DNA of 64,000 nt, taken from assembly GCA_965262725.1 (NCBI GenBank), contig OZ253555.1, positions 3,424,001-3,488,000 of the forward strand, written 5' to 3'. The notes beneath the pieces are model-generated. The model did not search any database. It saw nothing but the letters and a program-made list of their open reading frames with translations, and was not told the DNA's origin. Positions 38,107-49,200 of this stretch are shown piece by piece. This stretch comes from Dehalococcoidia bacterium. GTDB lineage: Bacteria; Chloroflexota; Dehalococcoidia; UBA2979. Each line of letters starts with the position of its first letter. The first letter of the stretch is position 1. A program made the position numbers and the translations under genes.

Positions 38107-39315
38107 TTACTCGTTGACGCCCGGTGCAATCTCGACAGAGCGCTGCGTCCCAGAACCTCGGCGTGCCCACGCTGGGGACGTGAAATATTCGCGCAGTCGG
38201 TCGATCCCTTCCTCGTAGCGGTCGTTGCAGAAGGCTAGGCGCAGGTCGTGCGGCAGGCCAAAATCGGTTCCCGGCACGACCGCGACGTGGACGCTCTCCA
38301 GTATGTCGCGAGCCAATTCCTTCGATGACGCGAACCCCATGCGAGCGTTCCACTCTTCGCAGCGGAGGATGGCGTAGAACCCGCCCTCCGACGCGATCGG
38401 GTGACATCCGGCATCCGCGAGTCGTTCCGTCGTGTACTCCGCTCTGGATCGATAAATTCCAGTGAGCTCCTCGAGGCTCTCGTCGTCCTCGAGCGCGGCG
38501 ATCATTCCATACTGGTAGCACGGGTCTGTACACAACAACGTGTGTTGCTGGATGACACGCAGGTTCACCTGCAGCTCCTCCGGGAGGATCGCGAAGCCGA
38601 CACGCTTCGTGTACATCCGGTAGCCCTTGGAGAAGCTGTTCGTGACGATTGTCGTGTGCGCATGTTCTGGAAGCAGCTTCAGCGGCGAGTGAAAGTCGTC
38701 ATAGAACATCGTGTTGTTGTAAATCTCGTCGTTCAGAACATATGCTTGGCCATCAACGATCCGGTACATCTCTCGCAGTTCTTCCGGCGTGACGATGTTC
38801 CCCACGGGGTTGCCGGGTGAGTTGATTACGACGAGCGATGTCCGTTCTGGCGAGAAATTCTGACGAAACGAGTCCATGTCGACTCGTTTTGTGTTGATGT
38901 CAATGTCGTAGAATTTGACGGTAGCTCCGGCCAGCGTGGCACAGTACAGATACAGGGCGTAGTACGGGCGCGGTATCATAATCTCGTATTCCGGCCCGGA
39001 CAGTAGTTGGAAGATGTTGCGGAAAATCGGTGATGTGCCGGTATTGACGATCACTTGCGCGGCCGACACGCTCGCTCCGTGCCGCCGGCTGTAGAAGTTC
39101 GCGATCGCCGCGCGAAGCTCCGGTAGCCCCTCCGGGTAGACGCGGCGAACGAAGTCGGGATCGTGGAGCTTGGCGACCATCCGATCCAGAACGACGGGAG
39201 GAATCGGAAGCTCGGGTACGCCGATCGTGAGCTTCAGGACATCGGCTCCCCGTTGCTTCAATTCGTCTGCGAGTTCGTCTAGGACAAACATTTGAAACTC
39301 GAGATCTCTCGGCAT
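38107..39315 (-). CDS. Class I/II PLP-dependent aminotransferase
   Basis: NSPGNPVG, NDEIY, NSFSKGYRMYTKRVG; visibly lower GC than the flanks. Confidence 0.9.
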   Translation of the reverse strand: MPRDLEFQMFVLDELADELKQRGADVLKLTIGVPELPIPPVVLDRMVAKLHDPDFVRRVYPEGLPELRAAIANFYSRRHGASVSAAQVIVNTGTSPIFRNIFQLLSGPEYEIMIPRPYYALYLYCATLAGATVKFYDIDINTKRVDMDSFRQNFSPERTSLVVINSPGNPVGNIVTPEELREMYRIVDGQAYVLNDEIYNNTMFYDDFHSPLKLLPEHAHTTIVTNSFSKGYRMYTKRVGFAILPEELQVNLRVIQQHTLLCTDPCYQYGMIAALEDDESLEELTGIYRSRAEYTTERLADAGCHPIASEGGFYAILRCEEWNARMGFASSKELARDILESVHVAVVPGTDFGLPHDLRLAFCNDRYEEGIDRLREYFTSPAWARRGSGTQRSVEIAPGVNE

Positions 39316-39786
39316 GAAATCCCTTATTGTGCGTGGCAGCCGGGGCCTCCTGTCTCGCGGTGCTCTTGGCGAGGCGACGTGGCATGACATACCGCCTCGT
39401 CAGCCCATTCCGCCGTGCGGCCTCGGCCGCAGCGCGGCGGGAGCGGCGTGGCGCATCTCACCAGATAGATTGCGAATCACTGGAGACCGCACACCAGTCC
39501 GGCGCCTTGGCGCTCGCGATGATAGCGGAATTGGGACGCCAGCGCGGTGGGGGCGCAGATCGGCTCCCACGTGCGAACTCGCACGCTCGCCGTTCGGGCG
39601 GCCCTCACTCCGCGTACGGGAAGCGAGAACCCGAGATTCCCCATCCGCACGTAACCGGCAGGCCTACCACCCGGCTGGCGGGGCACACCGGCAAAGTGGG
39701 TCTCAGCGGGTCGGCACGACGGAGGGGGCGGATCCGCCAGGCGGGCAGCCAAACCGTTGTCTGGATGGCCCCCTCACGGCAGAGGC

Positions 39787-39862
39787 TGGCTCCCCGACGA
39801 GGACTCGAACCTCGAACCTAGCGGTTAACAGCCGCCCGCTCTACCGATTGAGCTATCGGGGA
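39787..39862 (-). tRNA. tRNA-Asn(GTT)
   Basis: TCCCCGA acceptor, GCGG-CT-GTT-AA-CCGC anticodon arm, GCCA end. Confidence 0.97.
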
Positions 39863-39914
39863 CCGCCAGTGGTCAGTCTGCGGGAGAGTTGCGTGCCGGG
39901 CAATCCCCGTCCTC

Positions 39915-40778
39915 CTAGCTCCGGACGGGAGGCGCATCCACCGCCTCGAACGCGTAGCCCGCGCCATTACGCCGAATGCGACCGAGAGTAAGGATGGGGA
40001 AGTGCGGCCCCGTGAGCAGGGCGTCCGTTTCGATGGCGAGCTCGCAGATGCGCCGGCGTGCCTCCCGCGCCATGTCGCGGTCCTCGTCGTAGATGGACTG
40101 CCAGTCCAGGTGTGCGATGTGCGCGGGGTGATGCATCGCGTCGCCCACGAGAACGAGGGACTCCCCTTCCGACTGCACCAGCTGCACGCAGTGTCCGGGC
40201 GTGTGCCCGGGTGTCGCGATCATCGTGATGGACGGCGTGACGCGGGCATCCCCGTCGAAGACATGCACGAGGCCAGCGTCCATCAACGGACGGACGTGCG
40301 CGTCGGCGAAGCGCACGTCGCGCTCCGGCGCGCGGGGGTGTGGCGTCATCCAGAAGTCGATCTCTGCGGCGGCGACGTGCACCCGGGCCTCGGGAAACGC
40401 GACGGCTCCCTCCGCGGTCACATCCCAGCCGCAATGGTCGAGGTGGAGATGGGAGTGAAGCAACCCGTCCACCTCGCGAGGCGTGACGCCCGCGTCGCGC
40501 AGGCGCTCCGGCAACTCGGCGCAGGACTCCACGCCCGGCTCACGGGCGCGGGCTCCCATCCCGGTGTCGATCAGCGTTGTGTGACCGTCACCGCGTACCA
40601 GGAAGCCGGAGTAGCCGTACGGCACCGGATCTTCGGGATGGCTGATCCCGAGCTCGGCGGTCCACGCCGCCTCATCCACGCCGTCGAAGAAGATGCGCAG
40701 GTCGCGCTCGAACGCCGCATCCGAGAGCTGCGTCACCTCGAGCTTCCCGACACCAAAGCTGCCGATCACACGCTGCAT
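39915..40778 (-). CDS. MBL-fold metallo-hydrolase (lactonase-like)
   Basis: SHLHLDH, TPGHTPGH, VGDAMH. Confidence 0.9.
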   Translation of the reverse strand: MQRVIGSFGVGKLEVTQLSDAAFERDLRIFFDGVDEAAWTAELGISHPEDPVPYGYSGFLVRGDGHTTLIDTGMGARAREPGVESCAELPERLRDAGVTPREVDGLLHSHLHLDHCGWDVTAEGAVAFPEARVHVAAAEIDFWMTPHPRAPERDVRFADAHVRPLMDAGLVHVFDGDARVTPSITMIATPGHTPGHCVQLVQSEGESLVLVGDAMHHPAHIAHLDWQSIYDEDRDMAREARRRICELAIETDALLTGPHFPILTLGRIRRNGAGYAFEAVDAPPVRS

Positions 40779-41164
40779 GGAGACCCCTGCCTGCCGCCCT
40801 GACGACTGCCTGCTGCACCCGGCCGGCCCGCACCCGGCCGTCAGCCGGCACCGCGCGCGTGGCGCCGGGCATGGTAGGGGTCCGGTTTCCGCGGCGTCGA
40901 CGCGCGACCGTTCCCTCGCGTGACCGCCGGCTCGGCGTCGGGCCGGTCCCGCGGGCGTCATCCCCCGGCGCGTCGCTCTCGCGACCGGCCGAGACCAGAA
41001 CCCGGAAACGCCGGCGTCGGCCCCCGCATGACTTGCGAGCGACGCCCCGACGAGTCGAGGATCGTCGTGCTCGCCCGGCCACGCGCCGCCCCGCGCCGAG
41101 GGTCCGGCGGAAGCCGAGCGCGACGTTTCCGGTCGATCGGACCCTAGGAGCGAGCGGAGCGAAC

Positions 41165-42367
41165 GTGACGGGTGCCGACCGACTCCGCCGCGCGTTCGAG
41201 AGCGGTGACCTGCTGGCCCCCGTCACGGACGGTCCGAACCTCGTCGACCTCGGTCGGGCGGTCGCGTCCGCGTGTGGCGCGCCCGTGGCCCTCCCGACAC
41301 GCGGCGCCGCCCTCCTCCGTGATCTCATCGGCGAGCCGCACCACCTCGTGCTGGTGCTGGTCGACGGACTCGGTCTGAATCTGATCGAGCGGCGGCCGGC
41401 CCACTCGACACTCCGGCGGCTGCTCGCGATGGAGATCCGCTCCGTCTTCCCCTCGTCGACTGCGACCGCGATGACCTCGCTCGCCACCGGGGAGTGGCCC
41501 GCCCGACACGCGGTGGTGGGGTGGTGGACGCACCTGCCCGCCCTCGGCGAGGCCGCGGTTCTCCTCCCCTTTCAGCGCCGATCCGATTCGCGCGACCTCG
41601 GGGAGCTCGGGATCGGCCCGGAGCGCGCCTTCCCGGTGGCACCGCTGCTCGGCGCCTTTAGGCGCGACACGCTCTCCATCCTCCCGCAGGAGATCGTCGA
41701 CTCCCCCTACTCGCGATACGCGAGCGCCGGCTCCCCGCGTATCGGCTATGTGTCCGTGAGCGACGCGGCGGAGACGGTGTTCGACCGCGTTCGCGGGACA
41801 CGCGGGCCCACTTTCACCTACATCTACACGCCGCGGGTCGACGCGGCAGCCCACGCGATGGGCGGATCGAGTCCCGCGCTCGAGGCCGAGCTGGCGCGCG
41901 TCGAGGAGTTCGTGGAGCGCCTCGCTGTGGGGCTCGGTGCGGGCTCCCGACTTTTGGTGACGGCCGACCACGGGCACCTCGACGCGCCCACCGGTCTGCG
42001 TCACGAACTCCACCAGGGGAGCACCCTGGGCACGATGCAGCGCATCCCGCCCTCGGGGGATCCGCGCGCGATCTACTTCCACCTGCGGGCCGGCGGCCGC
42101 AGTCGCTTCCGCGAGAGCTTCGATGCCCGCTTCGGCACCGAATTCCTCTTGCTCTCGACCGACGAGCTGGAGGAGATGGAGCTTCTCGGCCCCGGCCTGC
42201 TGAGCGACGAGACACGCAGGAGGGTCGGCGACTCGGTCGCGATCTCTCTGGGCGCCTCGATTCTCGCGATGCCCGGCATCACCGGCGGCGACGAATGGCT
42301 CGCGCTCGCCTCGCACCACTCGGGCCTGACTCCTGCCGAGATGCGCATCCCGCTTCTCGTCGCGTAG
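41165..42367 (+). CDS. Alkaline phosphatase superfamily / nucleotide pyrophosphatase
   Basis: VLVDGLG, FPSSTATA, DAAAH, VTADHG, HSGLTPAEM. Confidence 0.87.
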   Translation: MTGADRLRRAFESGDLLAPVTDGPNLVDLGRAVASACGAPVALPTRGAALLRDLIGEPHHLVLVLVDGLGLNLIERRPAHSTLRRLLAMEIRSVFPSSTATAMTSLATGEWPARHAVVGWWTHLPALGEAAVLLPFQRRSDSRDLGELGIGPERAFPVAPLLGAFRRDTLSILPQEIVDSPYSRYASAGSPRIGYVSVSDAAETVFDRVRGTRGPTFTYIYTPRVDAAAHAMGGSSPALEAELARVEEFVERLAVGLGAGSRLLVTADHGHLDAPTGLRHELHQGSTLGTMQRIPPSGDPRAIYFHLRAGGRSRFRESFDARFGTEFLLLSTDELEEMELLGPGLLSDETRRRVGDSVAISLGASILAMPGITGGDEWLALASHHSGLTPAEMRIPLLVA

Positions 42368-42454
42368 GGAGAGATCGGCGCACGGCGACCCCGCCGCCGC
42401 GCGGCCGGCGCACCCGCGACCACGACACCGCTATGACATCAGCCCATGGGCAGC

Positions 42455-42470
42455 GGGGGGGGGGGGGGGG
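42455..42470 (+). repeat. G16 homopolymer
   Basis: Direct reading. Confidence 0.85.
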
Positions 42471-42542
42471 CGTCGGCTCGTCGGAGTCCTCGGCGGGTGG
42501 CTACCGGAGCGGCTACGCTATCGGTGCCGCCAGCCCTCACCC

Positions 42543-42616
42543 TGCCGGGTGGTGTAACGGTAGCACGGGGGACTTTGGATCCCTGAGTCGAGGTTCGAAT
42601 CCTCGCCCGGCAACCA
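42543..42616 (+). tRNA. tRNA-Gln(TTG)
   Basis: TGCCGGG acceptor, GGGGA-CT-TTG-GA-TCCCT anticodon arm, ACCA end. Confidence 0.96.
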
Positions 42617-42804
42617 CTCCGTCGCCGCACATGGGGGCGTTGCCGCACCAGCCCCGGCGCCGCACCGCCTGACAGTCTCAGCAGCCCCCGCAGTGCAGCC
42701 AGCGGGCCCGCGGGGTGCCGTCGCGGTAGCGGGCGTCGTGGCCCCCTGGGCCGATAGACTGATTCGCGGGGGACGTGCGCCCGACCGCCTGGGCAGGAGG
42801 CAGC

Positions 42805-43263
42805 ATGAAACTCTTCCTACGCTTCTTCGTTCCGTTCCACATCTGTGTCTTCCGGCTGACGGGGGGACGGCTGCTGGGCCACTTCGAGCTGCCTGCGCTG
42901 CTGCTGACGACCACCGGCCGGCGGTCAGGGAAGCAGCGGACGGTACCCCTGCTCTACGTCGACGAGGACGGCACCCTGCTGGTCGTCGCCTCGAACGCAG
43001 CGGCGCCGACCAATCCGGACTGGTACCACAACCTCGTCGCCAACCCCACGGTCGAGATGCAGACGCGCGCGGGCAAGCGCTCGATGCGAGCCGAGCCCTC
43101 GGTGGGAGAGGCCCGGCATCGCCGGTTCGAGCTGTTCAAGGCCGCGGCGAGCCACTACGCGAAGTACGAGTCGCGGACCGACCGGGAGATCCCAGTCGTG
43201 GCGCTGCGGGAGATCTCGGAGCTGCACCTCCCTGAGGTGCCCGGGAAGCAGCCGACGCACTGA
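42805..43263 (+). CDS. Deazaflavin (F420)-dependent nitroreductase family protein (Ddn/FDOR-A)
   Basis: LLTTTGRRSGKQRTVPL, VASN, PDWYHNLVANP, REIPVV. Confidence 0.9.
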   Translation: MKLFLRFFVPFHICVFRLTGGRLLGHFELPALLLTTTGRRSGKQRTVPLLYVDEDGTLLVVASNAAAPTNPDWYHNLVANPTVEMQTRAGKRSMRAEPSVGEARHRRFELFKAAASHYAKYESRTDREIPVVALREISELHLPEVPGKQPTH

Positions 43264-43335
43264 GGCTCCAGCCCCGCCACCAGCCCGGGGGCGTTCCCGC
43301 GCGCGGGCGACCCCGCGCGAGTCCCCGGTCTGCGG

Positions 43336-43769
43336 CTACCTCTCGCCGGTCTCCAGATGGACCTGCCAGTTCACCCAGAACCGATCGGTGCAGGCGCCAA
43401 GGTAGCCGCCCCAGAACATGTCCTGGAGATCCATCGTGACCTGCCCGCCCTCCGACAGGGCGACGAAGACGCGTTCCGCGTCCTCGCGCGATTGGGGCGC
43501 ATAGCTGACCGCGAGTTGTTGCCGACGAGCAGAGGCGGTCCGAAGCCGGGTGGAACCTCGCTGCCCATCAGCATGCTGGAGCCCACGGGAGGGGCGACGT
43601 GCATCAGTTGATCCATCACCGCCTCCGGGACGCCCATATCGGCGGGACCGTCACGGAACGTCTGGATGTTCGAGAACTCCCCGCCGAACACGGACCGATA
43701 GAACTCGAAGGTCTCCCGGCACTGCCCCTCGAAGTTCAGGTAGAGCGAGAGCGCCGGCGGCGGCGTCAT
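43336..43769 (-). pseudogene. VOC/PhnB-family protein, frameshifted
   Basis: YLNFEGQCRETFEFYRSVFGGE...; after a shift near 43512, LSEGGQVTMDLQDMFWG..TDRFWVNWQV. Confidence 0.75.
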
Positions 43770-43962
43770 CTCAGCGGTCCCCCTCATCGCGCGGCCGGTC
43801 CCGCGGCGCGCGGCGTCCCGATTGCACGGGTACGCCGGACACCGGCCCATGCTGCGCCGGCACGCGGCTCGGGAGGCGTCGAGCGGGCCGGGCCGCTCGC
43901 GGGCCGGCGCCTGATCGTCCTCCCGGCGCGACGCTCGAACCGGGGACGCTCTCGCGCCCGCG

Positions 43963-45025
<1,063 letters not shown>

Positions 45026-45033
<8 letters not shown>

Positions 45034-46315
45034 CGCCCGAGCCCGCCTCCCCACTCCCGCGGGCGAGAGCCCCGATCAGTCCCTCGATGTCGAGGGTGCG
45101 CTCCTCCCCCGAGGCCGCAAGCGGCTTGAGTTGCACGACTCGATCCGCGGCCTCCCTCTCCCCCGCGATCACGGCGTAGCGTGCCCCCAGGCGCCCGGCG
45201 GCGCGGAGCTGGGCCCGCAGCGAGCGGCCCGTCGTCCCGCCGCGAACGGCGAGGCCGGCGCGGCGCAACTCGCGCGCGACGTGCATCGCCCACGCGGCCC
45301 CCTCCTCGCCGACCGGCACCGTCACCACGTCGACGGCGGCCGGACACGGGCCCTCGACGCCCTGCTCCCGCAGGTTGAGGACGATCCGCTCGATGCCGGT
45401 CGCAAAGCCGGTGCCCGGAGTCGGCGGGCCGCCCAGGAGCTCGATGAGCCCGTCGTAGCGACCGCCCGCCCCCACCGTCGACTGGCCCCCGCCGCCCGCT
45501 GGTTCGAACTCCCACACCGTGTGCGCGTAGTAGTCGAGGCCCCGCACGATGCGATGGTCGACGTCGTGCTCGATGCCGAGGGCATCGAGCAGGCGCCGTA
45601 CCTCAGTGAAGTGCGCCCGGTCGTCGGGGCCGAGCGCGTCCGCGATCGAGGGCGCGTCCCGGAGCGCCGGGTTCCCGGCATCCTCCTTGGAATCGAGCAC
45701 GCGCAGGACGTTGGTCGACAGCCGCCGCTGCGAGTCCCGAGAGAGGGTCGCGGCGTTCGGCTCGAGATGGGCGCGGAGCGCCTGCTCGTAGCGGCGCCTG
45801 GACTCGGGCGTCCCGATCGAGTTGATGCGCAGCGCGATCTCGCTCAGGCCGAGCTCGCGGTAGAGCGTGTGCTGCATCTCGATCACCTCGACATCGGCCG
45901 CCGGGGAGGCGTCGCCGATGCACTCGACGCCGAATTGCCAGAGCTGGCGGTAGCGGCCCGCCTGCGGGCGGTCGTAGCGGAACATCGGGCCAAAATAGGC
46001 GAGCCGCACCGGCTGCGGCCGACTCGCCATCCCGTGCTCCACGTAGGCGCGGCACACGGCGGCGGTGGCCTCCGGACGCAGCGCGACCCGGCCACCTCCC
46101 CGGTCCTCGAAGAGGTACATCTCCTTCTGCGCCAGGTCGCTCTCGGAGCCGACCGAGCGCAGGAAGACCCGCTCGTCCTCGACGATCGGCGTCGTGATGA
46201 AACCGTAGCCGTAGCCGCGCGCGACGCGCTCGCAGATGTCGCGCACGTGACGCCACAGCGGCTCGTCCTCCGGCAGGAGGTCGTGCATACCGCGGGGAGA
46301 CTGGAGCTCAGGCAT
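45026..46315 (-). CDS. hisS: Histidine--tRNA ligase
   Basis: [40 protein letters not shown]. Confidence 0.97.
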
Positions 46316-46450
46316 GTGGTCGATCCTACGGGCACGCCTGCGCCGGTGCACGGGTGGCACGTGGAGGGGGCGCTCCGGCGAGCCCGCCGCGGCGTGCTAA
46401 TCTGGGCGGAAGGGTCGAGAGCCCCGAGCGGGCCACGAGGAGCAGCCGGA

Positions 46451-48607
46451 GTGGTCGTCTCCGAGCACACCCCTGCCGGCACTGATCATCTCTTCGAGTC
46501 TCTGGAGGGCTATCTCCCGCCGGCGCGCGTCGACGAGGTGCGCGCCGCCCTGGCCTTCGCCATCGAGGCCCACGCGGGACAGACCCGGCGGTCCGGTGAC
46601 GCGTACATCACCCACCCCGTCGCCGTCGCCCGCCTCGTGGCCGACCTGCGGATGGACGCGCAATCGGTGAAGGCCGCCCTGCTGCACGACGTCATCGAGG
46701 ACTGCCAGGTGACCGCGAAGCAACTGCGCGAGCACTTCGGGCCCGATGTCGCGACGCTGGTCGAAGGCGCGACCAAGATCGAGCACATTCCGCAGCCGGG
46801 AGGCCGCCCCCTCGCCGCCACGGACGCGGAGACGCTTCGGAAGATGCTCCTCGCGATGGCGGAGGACGTCCGAGTCGTCATCATCAAGATCGCCGACCGC
46901 CTCCACAACATGCAGACGCTCGAGCACCTCACTGCGGACCGCCGCGAGGCGATCGCGCGGGAGACGATGGACATCTACGCCCCGCTCGCCGGGCGCCTCG
47001 GGATCTGGCAGATGCGCTGGCAACTCGAGGACCTCGCGTTTCGCTTCCTCGATCCGGAAGGCTACCGCAGCGTCGCGGCGATGGTCGCCTCGCGCCGACA
47101 GGAGCGCGAGCGCTTCGTGCGCGGCGTCGCGACCGAGCTGGGCCAAGCGCTCGAGGCGACTGGGATCGCCGCAGATGTCTCGGGGCGAGTCAAGCACCTG
47201 CGCTCGATTCACGACAAGGTGCGCCGGTACCAGGCGGAGGGGAAGAGCTTCGACCAGATCCACGATCTCATCGCCGTGCGGGTGCTCGTACCGGAGGTGG
47301 CGGATTGCTACGCCGCGCTCGGCATCATCCACCAGATCTGGCGCCCCATTCCCGGCACGTTCGACGACTACATCGCGAACCCGAAGGAGTCGCTCTACCA
47401 GTCGCTGCACACCTCAGTGATGGGACCGGAGACGCATCCCTTCGAGGTGCAGATCCGCACCCACGAGATGCACGACGTGGCCGAGTACGGCGTAGCCGCC
47501 CACTGGCGCTACAAGGAGGAGCCGCGCAGCCGCCGGGACGCGCGCGACGAGGAGCGGATGGCCTGGTTGCGCCATCTGCTCGAGTGGCAGCGCGAGTCGT
47601 CGGGAGCTGAGGATTTCCTGGAGTCGGTGAAGACCGACGTCTTTCGCGACCAGGTCTTCGTCTATACCCCGCGCGGGGACGTCCGCGTCCTCCCGGCCGG
47701 GAGCACGCCGATCGACTTCGCGTTCCGCATCCACACCGATCTCGGGCTGCACTGCATCGGCGCGACGTTGAACGGCCACGTCGTGCCGCTCAACACCAGG
47801 CTCTCCAACGGCGATGTCGTCCACATCGTGCGCGGGCGGGCCGAGCGCGGCCCGTCACGTGAGTGGCTCAACCCGGCGCTCGGCTACATCGGCTCGTCGA
47901 ACGCGCGCCAGAAGGTGCGACAGTGGTTCCGTCGGCAGCAGCGCCACGAGAACGTGCAGCGCGGAAGCGAGCAGCTCGAACTCGAGCAGCGGCGCCTCGG
48001 CCTGCGGAGCGTCCCTGCGGACCTCGTTGCGCAGCTGGGGTTCGAGACCGCGGACGAGATGCTGGAGGCCATCGGCTACGGCGGAGTGTCCACCGAGCTA
48101 CTGGCGCAGAGGCTGGTCGAGCACGTGGCGCCATCTCGACCCGCTCTGCAGGGCCGCGACGACGCGACGGCCGTTCGCGTCTACGGCACCCTCGGGCACA
48201 AGGCGACGCTCGCCGGCTGCTGCCGGCCAGCCCCGCCCGATCCGATCGTCGGTTTCGTCACGCGCTCAGGCGGCGTGACCGTGCACCGCCACGACTGCCG
48301 CTCGGCAGCGCGTCGGGAGGAGCCGGAGCGCTACGTCGAATGCGACTGGGAGCCCTCGGCCATCCGCTACTCCGGGACCATCGAGGTGCACGCGTGGGAC
48401 CGCGTGGGCCTCCTCCGCGATATCAGCACCATGGCCGCCGCGGCCGGCGTCAACATGGTCGAGGTGCGCACGGAGGAGCAGCCGGACCGCACGACGATCG
48501 TCCACCTCCGGCTCGAGACCAAGGGTGGTGCCGAGTTCGCTCAGCTACTGCAGCACCTGGACGGCGTGCGCGGCGTAGTCTCCGTCCGCCGCGCGGACGC
48601 CTCCTGA
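46451..48607 (+). CDS. rel: Bifunctional (p)ppGpp synthetase/hydrolase (long RSH)
   Basis: HD motif LLHDVIED, ADRLHNM, YQSLHT, EVQIRT, TGS and ACT domains. Confidence 0.95.
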   Translation: MVVSEHTPAGTDHLFESLEGYLPPARVDEVRAALAFAIEAHAGQTRRSGDAYITHPVAVARLVADLRMDAQSVKAALLHDVIEDCQVTAKQLREHFGPDVATLVEGATKIEHIPQPGGRPLAATDAETLRKMLLAMAEDVRVVIIKIADRLHNMQTLEHLTADRREAIARETMDIYAPLAGRLGIWQMRWQLEDLAFRFLDPEGYRSVAAMVASRRQERERFVRGVATELGQALEATGIAADVSGRVKHLRSIHDKVRRYQAEGKSFDQIHDLIAVRVLVPEVADCYAALGIIHQIWRPIPGTFDDYIANPKESLYQSLHTSVMGPETHPFEVQIRTHEMHDVAEYGVAAHWRYKEEPRSRRDARDEERMAWLRHLLEWQRESSGAEDFLESVKTDVFRDQVFVYTPRGDVRVLPAGSTPIDFAFRIHTDLGLHCIGATLNGHVVPLNTRLSNGDVVHIVRGRAERGPSREWLNPALGYIGSSNARQKVRQWFRRQQRHENVQRGSEQLELEQRRLGLRSVPADLVAQLGFETADEMLEAIGYGGVSTELLAQRLVEHVAPSRPALQGRDDATAVRVYGTLGHKATLAGCCRPAPPDPIVGFVTRSGGVTVHRHDCRSAARREEPERYVECDWEPSAIRYSGTIEVHAWDRVGLLRDISTMAAAAGVNMVEVRTEEQPDRTTIVHLRLETKGGAEFAQLLQHLDGVRGVVSVRRADAS

Positions 48608-48665
48608 CAGGGACCCGCACCCACAACGGGACGGGCGAGGAGGCGCACCCGGTCGGGCGAGGCGC

Positions 48666-48680
48666 GGGGGGGGGGGGGGG
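48666..48680 (+). repeat. G15 homopolymer
   Basis: Direct reading. Confidence 0.85.
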
Positions 48681-48706
48681 TAGCGGGCGGCGGCCAGCTC
48701 CGCGCC

Positions 48707-48736
48707 TTGCGAGCGCTTCGAGCCGCTTCGTACACT
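48707..48736 (+). promoter_or_regulatory. Sigma70-type promoter of tRNA-Arg
   Basis: TTGCGA-N18-TACACT. Confidence 0.65.
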
Positions 48737-48746
48737 CCGTAGGCAC

Positions 48747-48821
48747 GCCCTCGTAGCTCAGCGGATAGAGCACCGGCCTCCGGAGCCGGGAGCGCAGGTT
48801 CGAGTCCTGCCGAGGGTACCA
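48747..48821 (+). tRNA. tRNA-Arg(CCG)
   Basis: GCCCTCG acceptor, CCGGC-CT-CCG-GA-GCCGG anticodon arm, ACCA end. Confidence 0.97.
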
Positions 48822-48864
48822 TCCCCCCATTCAGCGGTTCCGCCCGCTGGCGTACCCTCGATCC

Positions 48865-49200
48865 ATGAGCGACTCATCGGGAGCCGTCCCGGCCGCGACC
48901 GTCGTGACGGTCTACCCCATGACCGGCCGGCAACTCTTCTTCACCATCCCTCACGCTTTTTGCGAGGAGTGCGACCTCACCGTCCGCCTCGTCCAGCGCG
49001 TTGCCTCCGACCTCCCCGAGGTCGAAGTGCGCATCAGGCCCTGGTTCAACCACCTCTTCGACGCCCTGCGTCGCGGCGGCTGGCACCCGCCCGTCGTGAC
49101 GATCAACGGGACGATCGCCACCCAGGGTGTCGTCCCCGACGAAGACGGGCTCCGCCGCGCCCTCGTGCGCGCCGGCCGTAGCGCCCGCCGTCGCCGGTGA
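48865..49200 (+). CDS. Small thioredoxin/glutaredoxin-like protein
   Basis: CEEC, then PPVVTING...QGVVP. Confidence 0.65.
   Translation: MSDSSGAVPAATVVTVYPMTGRQLFFTIPHAFCEECDLTVRLVQRVASDLPEVEVRIRPWFNHLFDALRRGGWHPPVVTINGTIATQGVVPDEDGLRRALVRAGRSARRRR

Noticed and set aside
39316-39786. Riboswitch or ncRNA in the 470-bp gap next to tRNA-Asn
   Set aside because: Only generic GC-rich pairings; no motif I can recognise without an Rfam scan
45131-46450. 1158-aa ORF as an extended Rel protein
   Set aside because: The first ~440 codons are the antisense shadow of hisS
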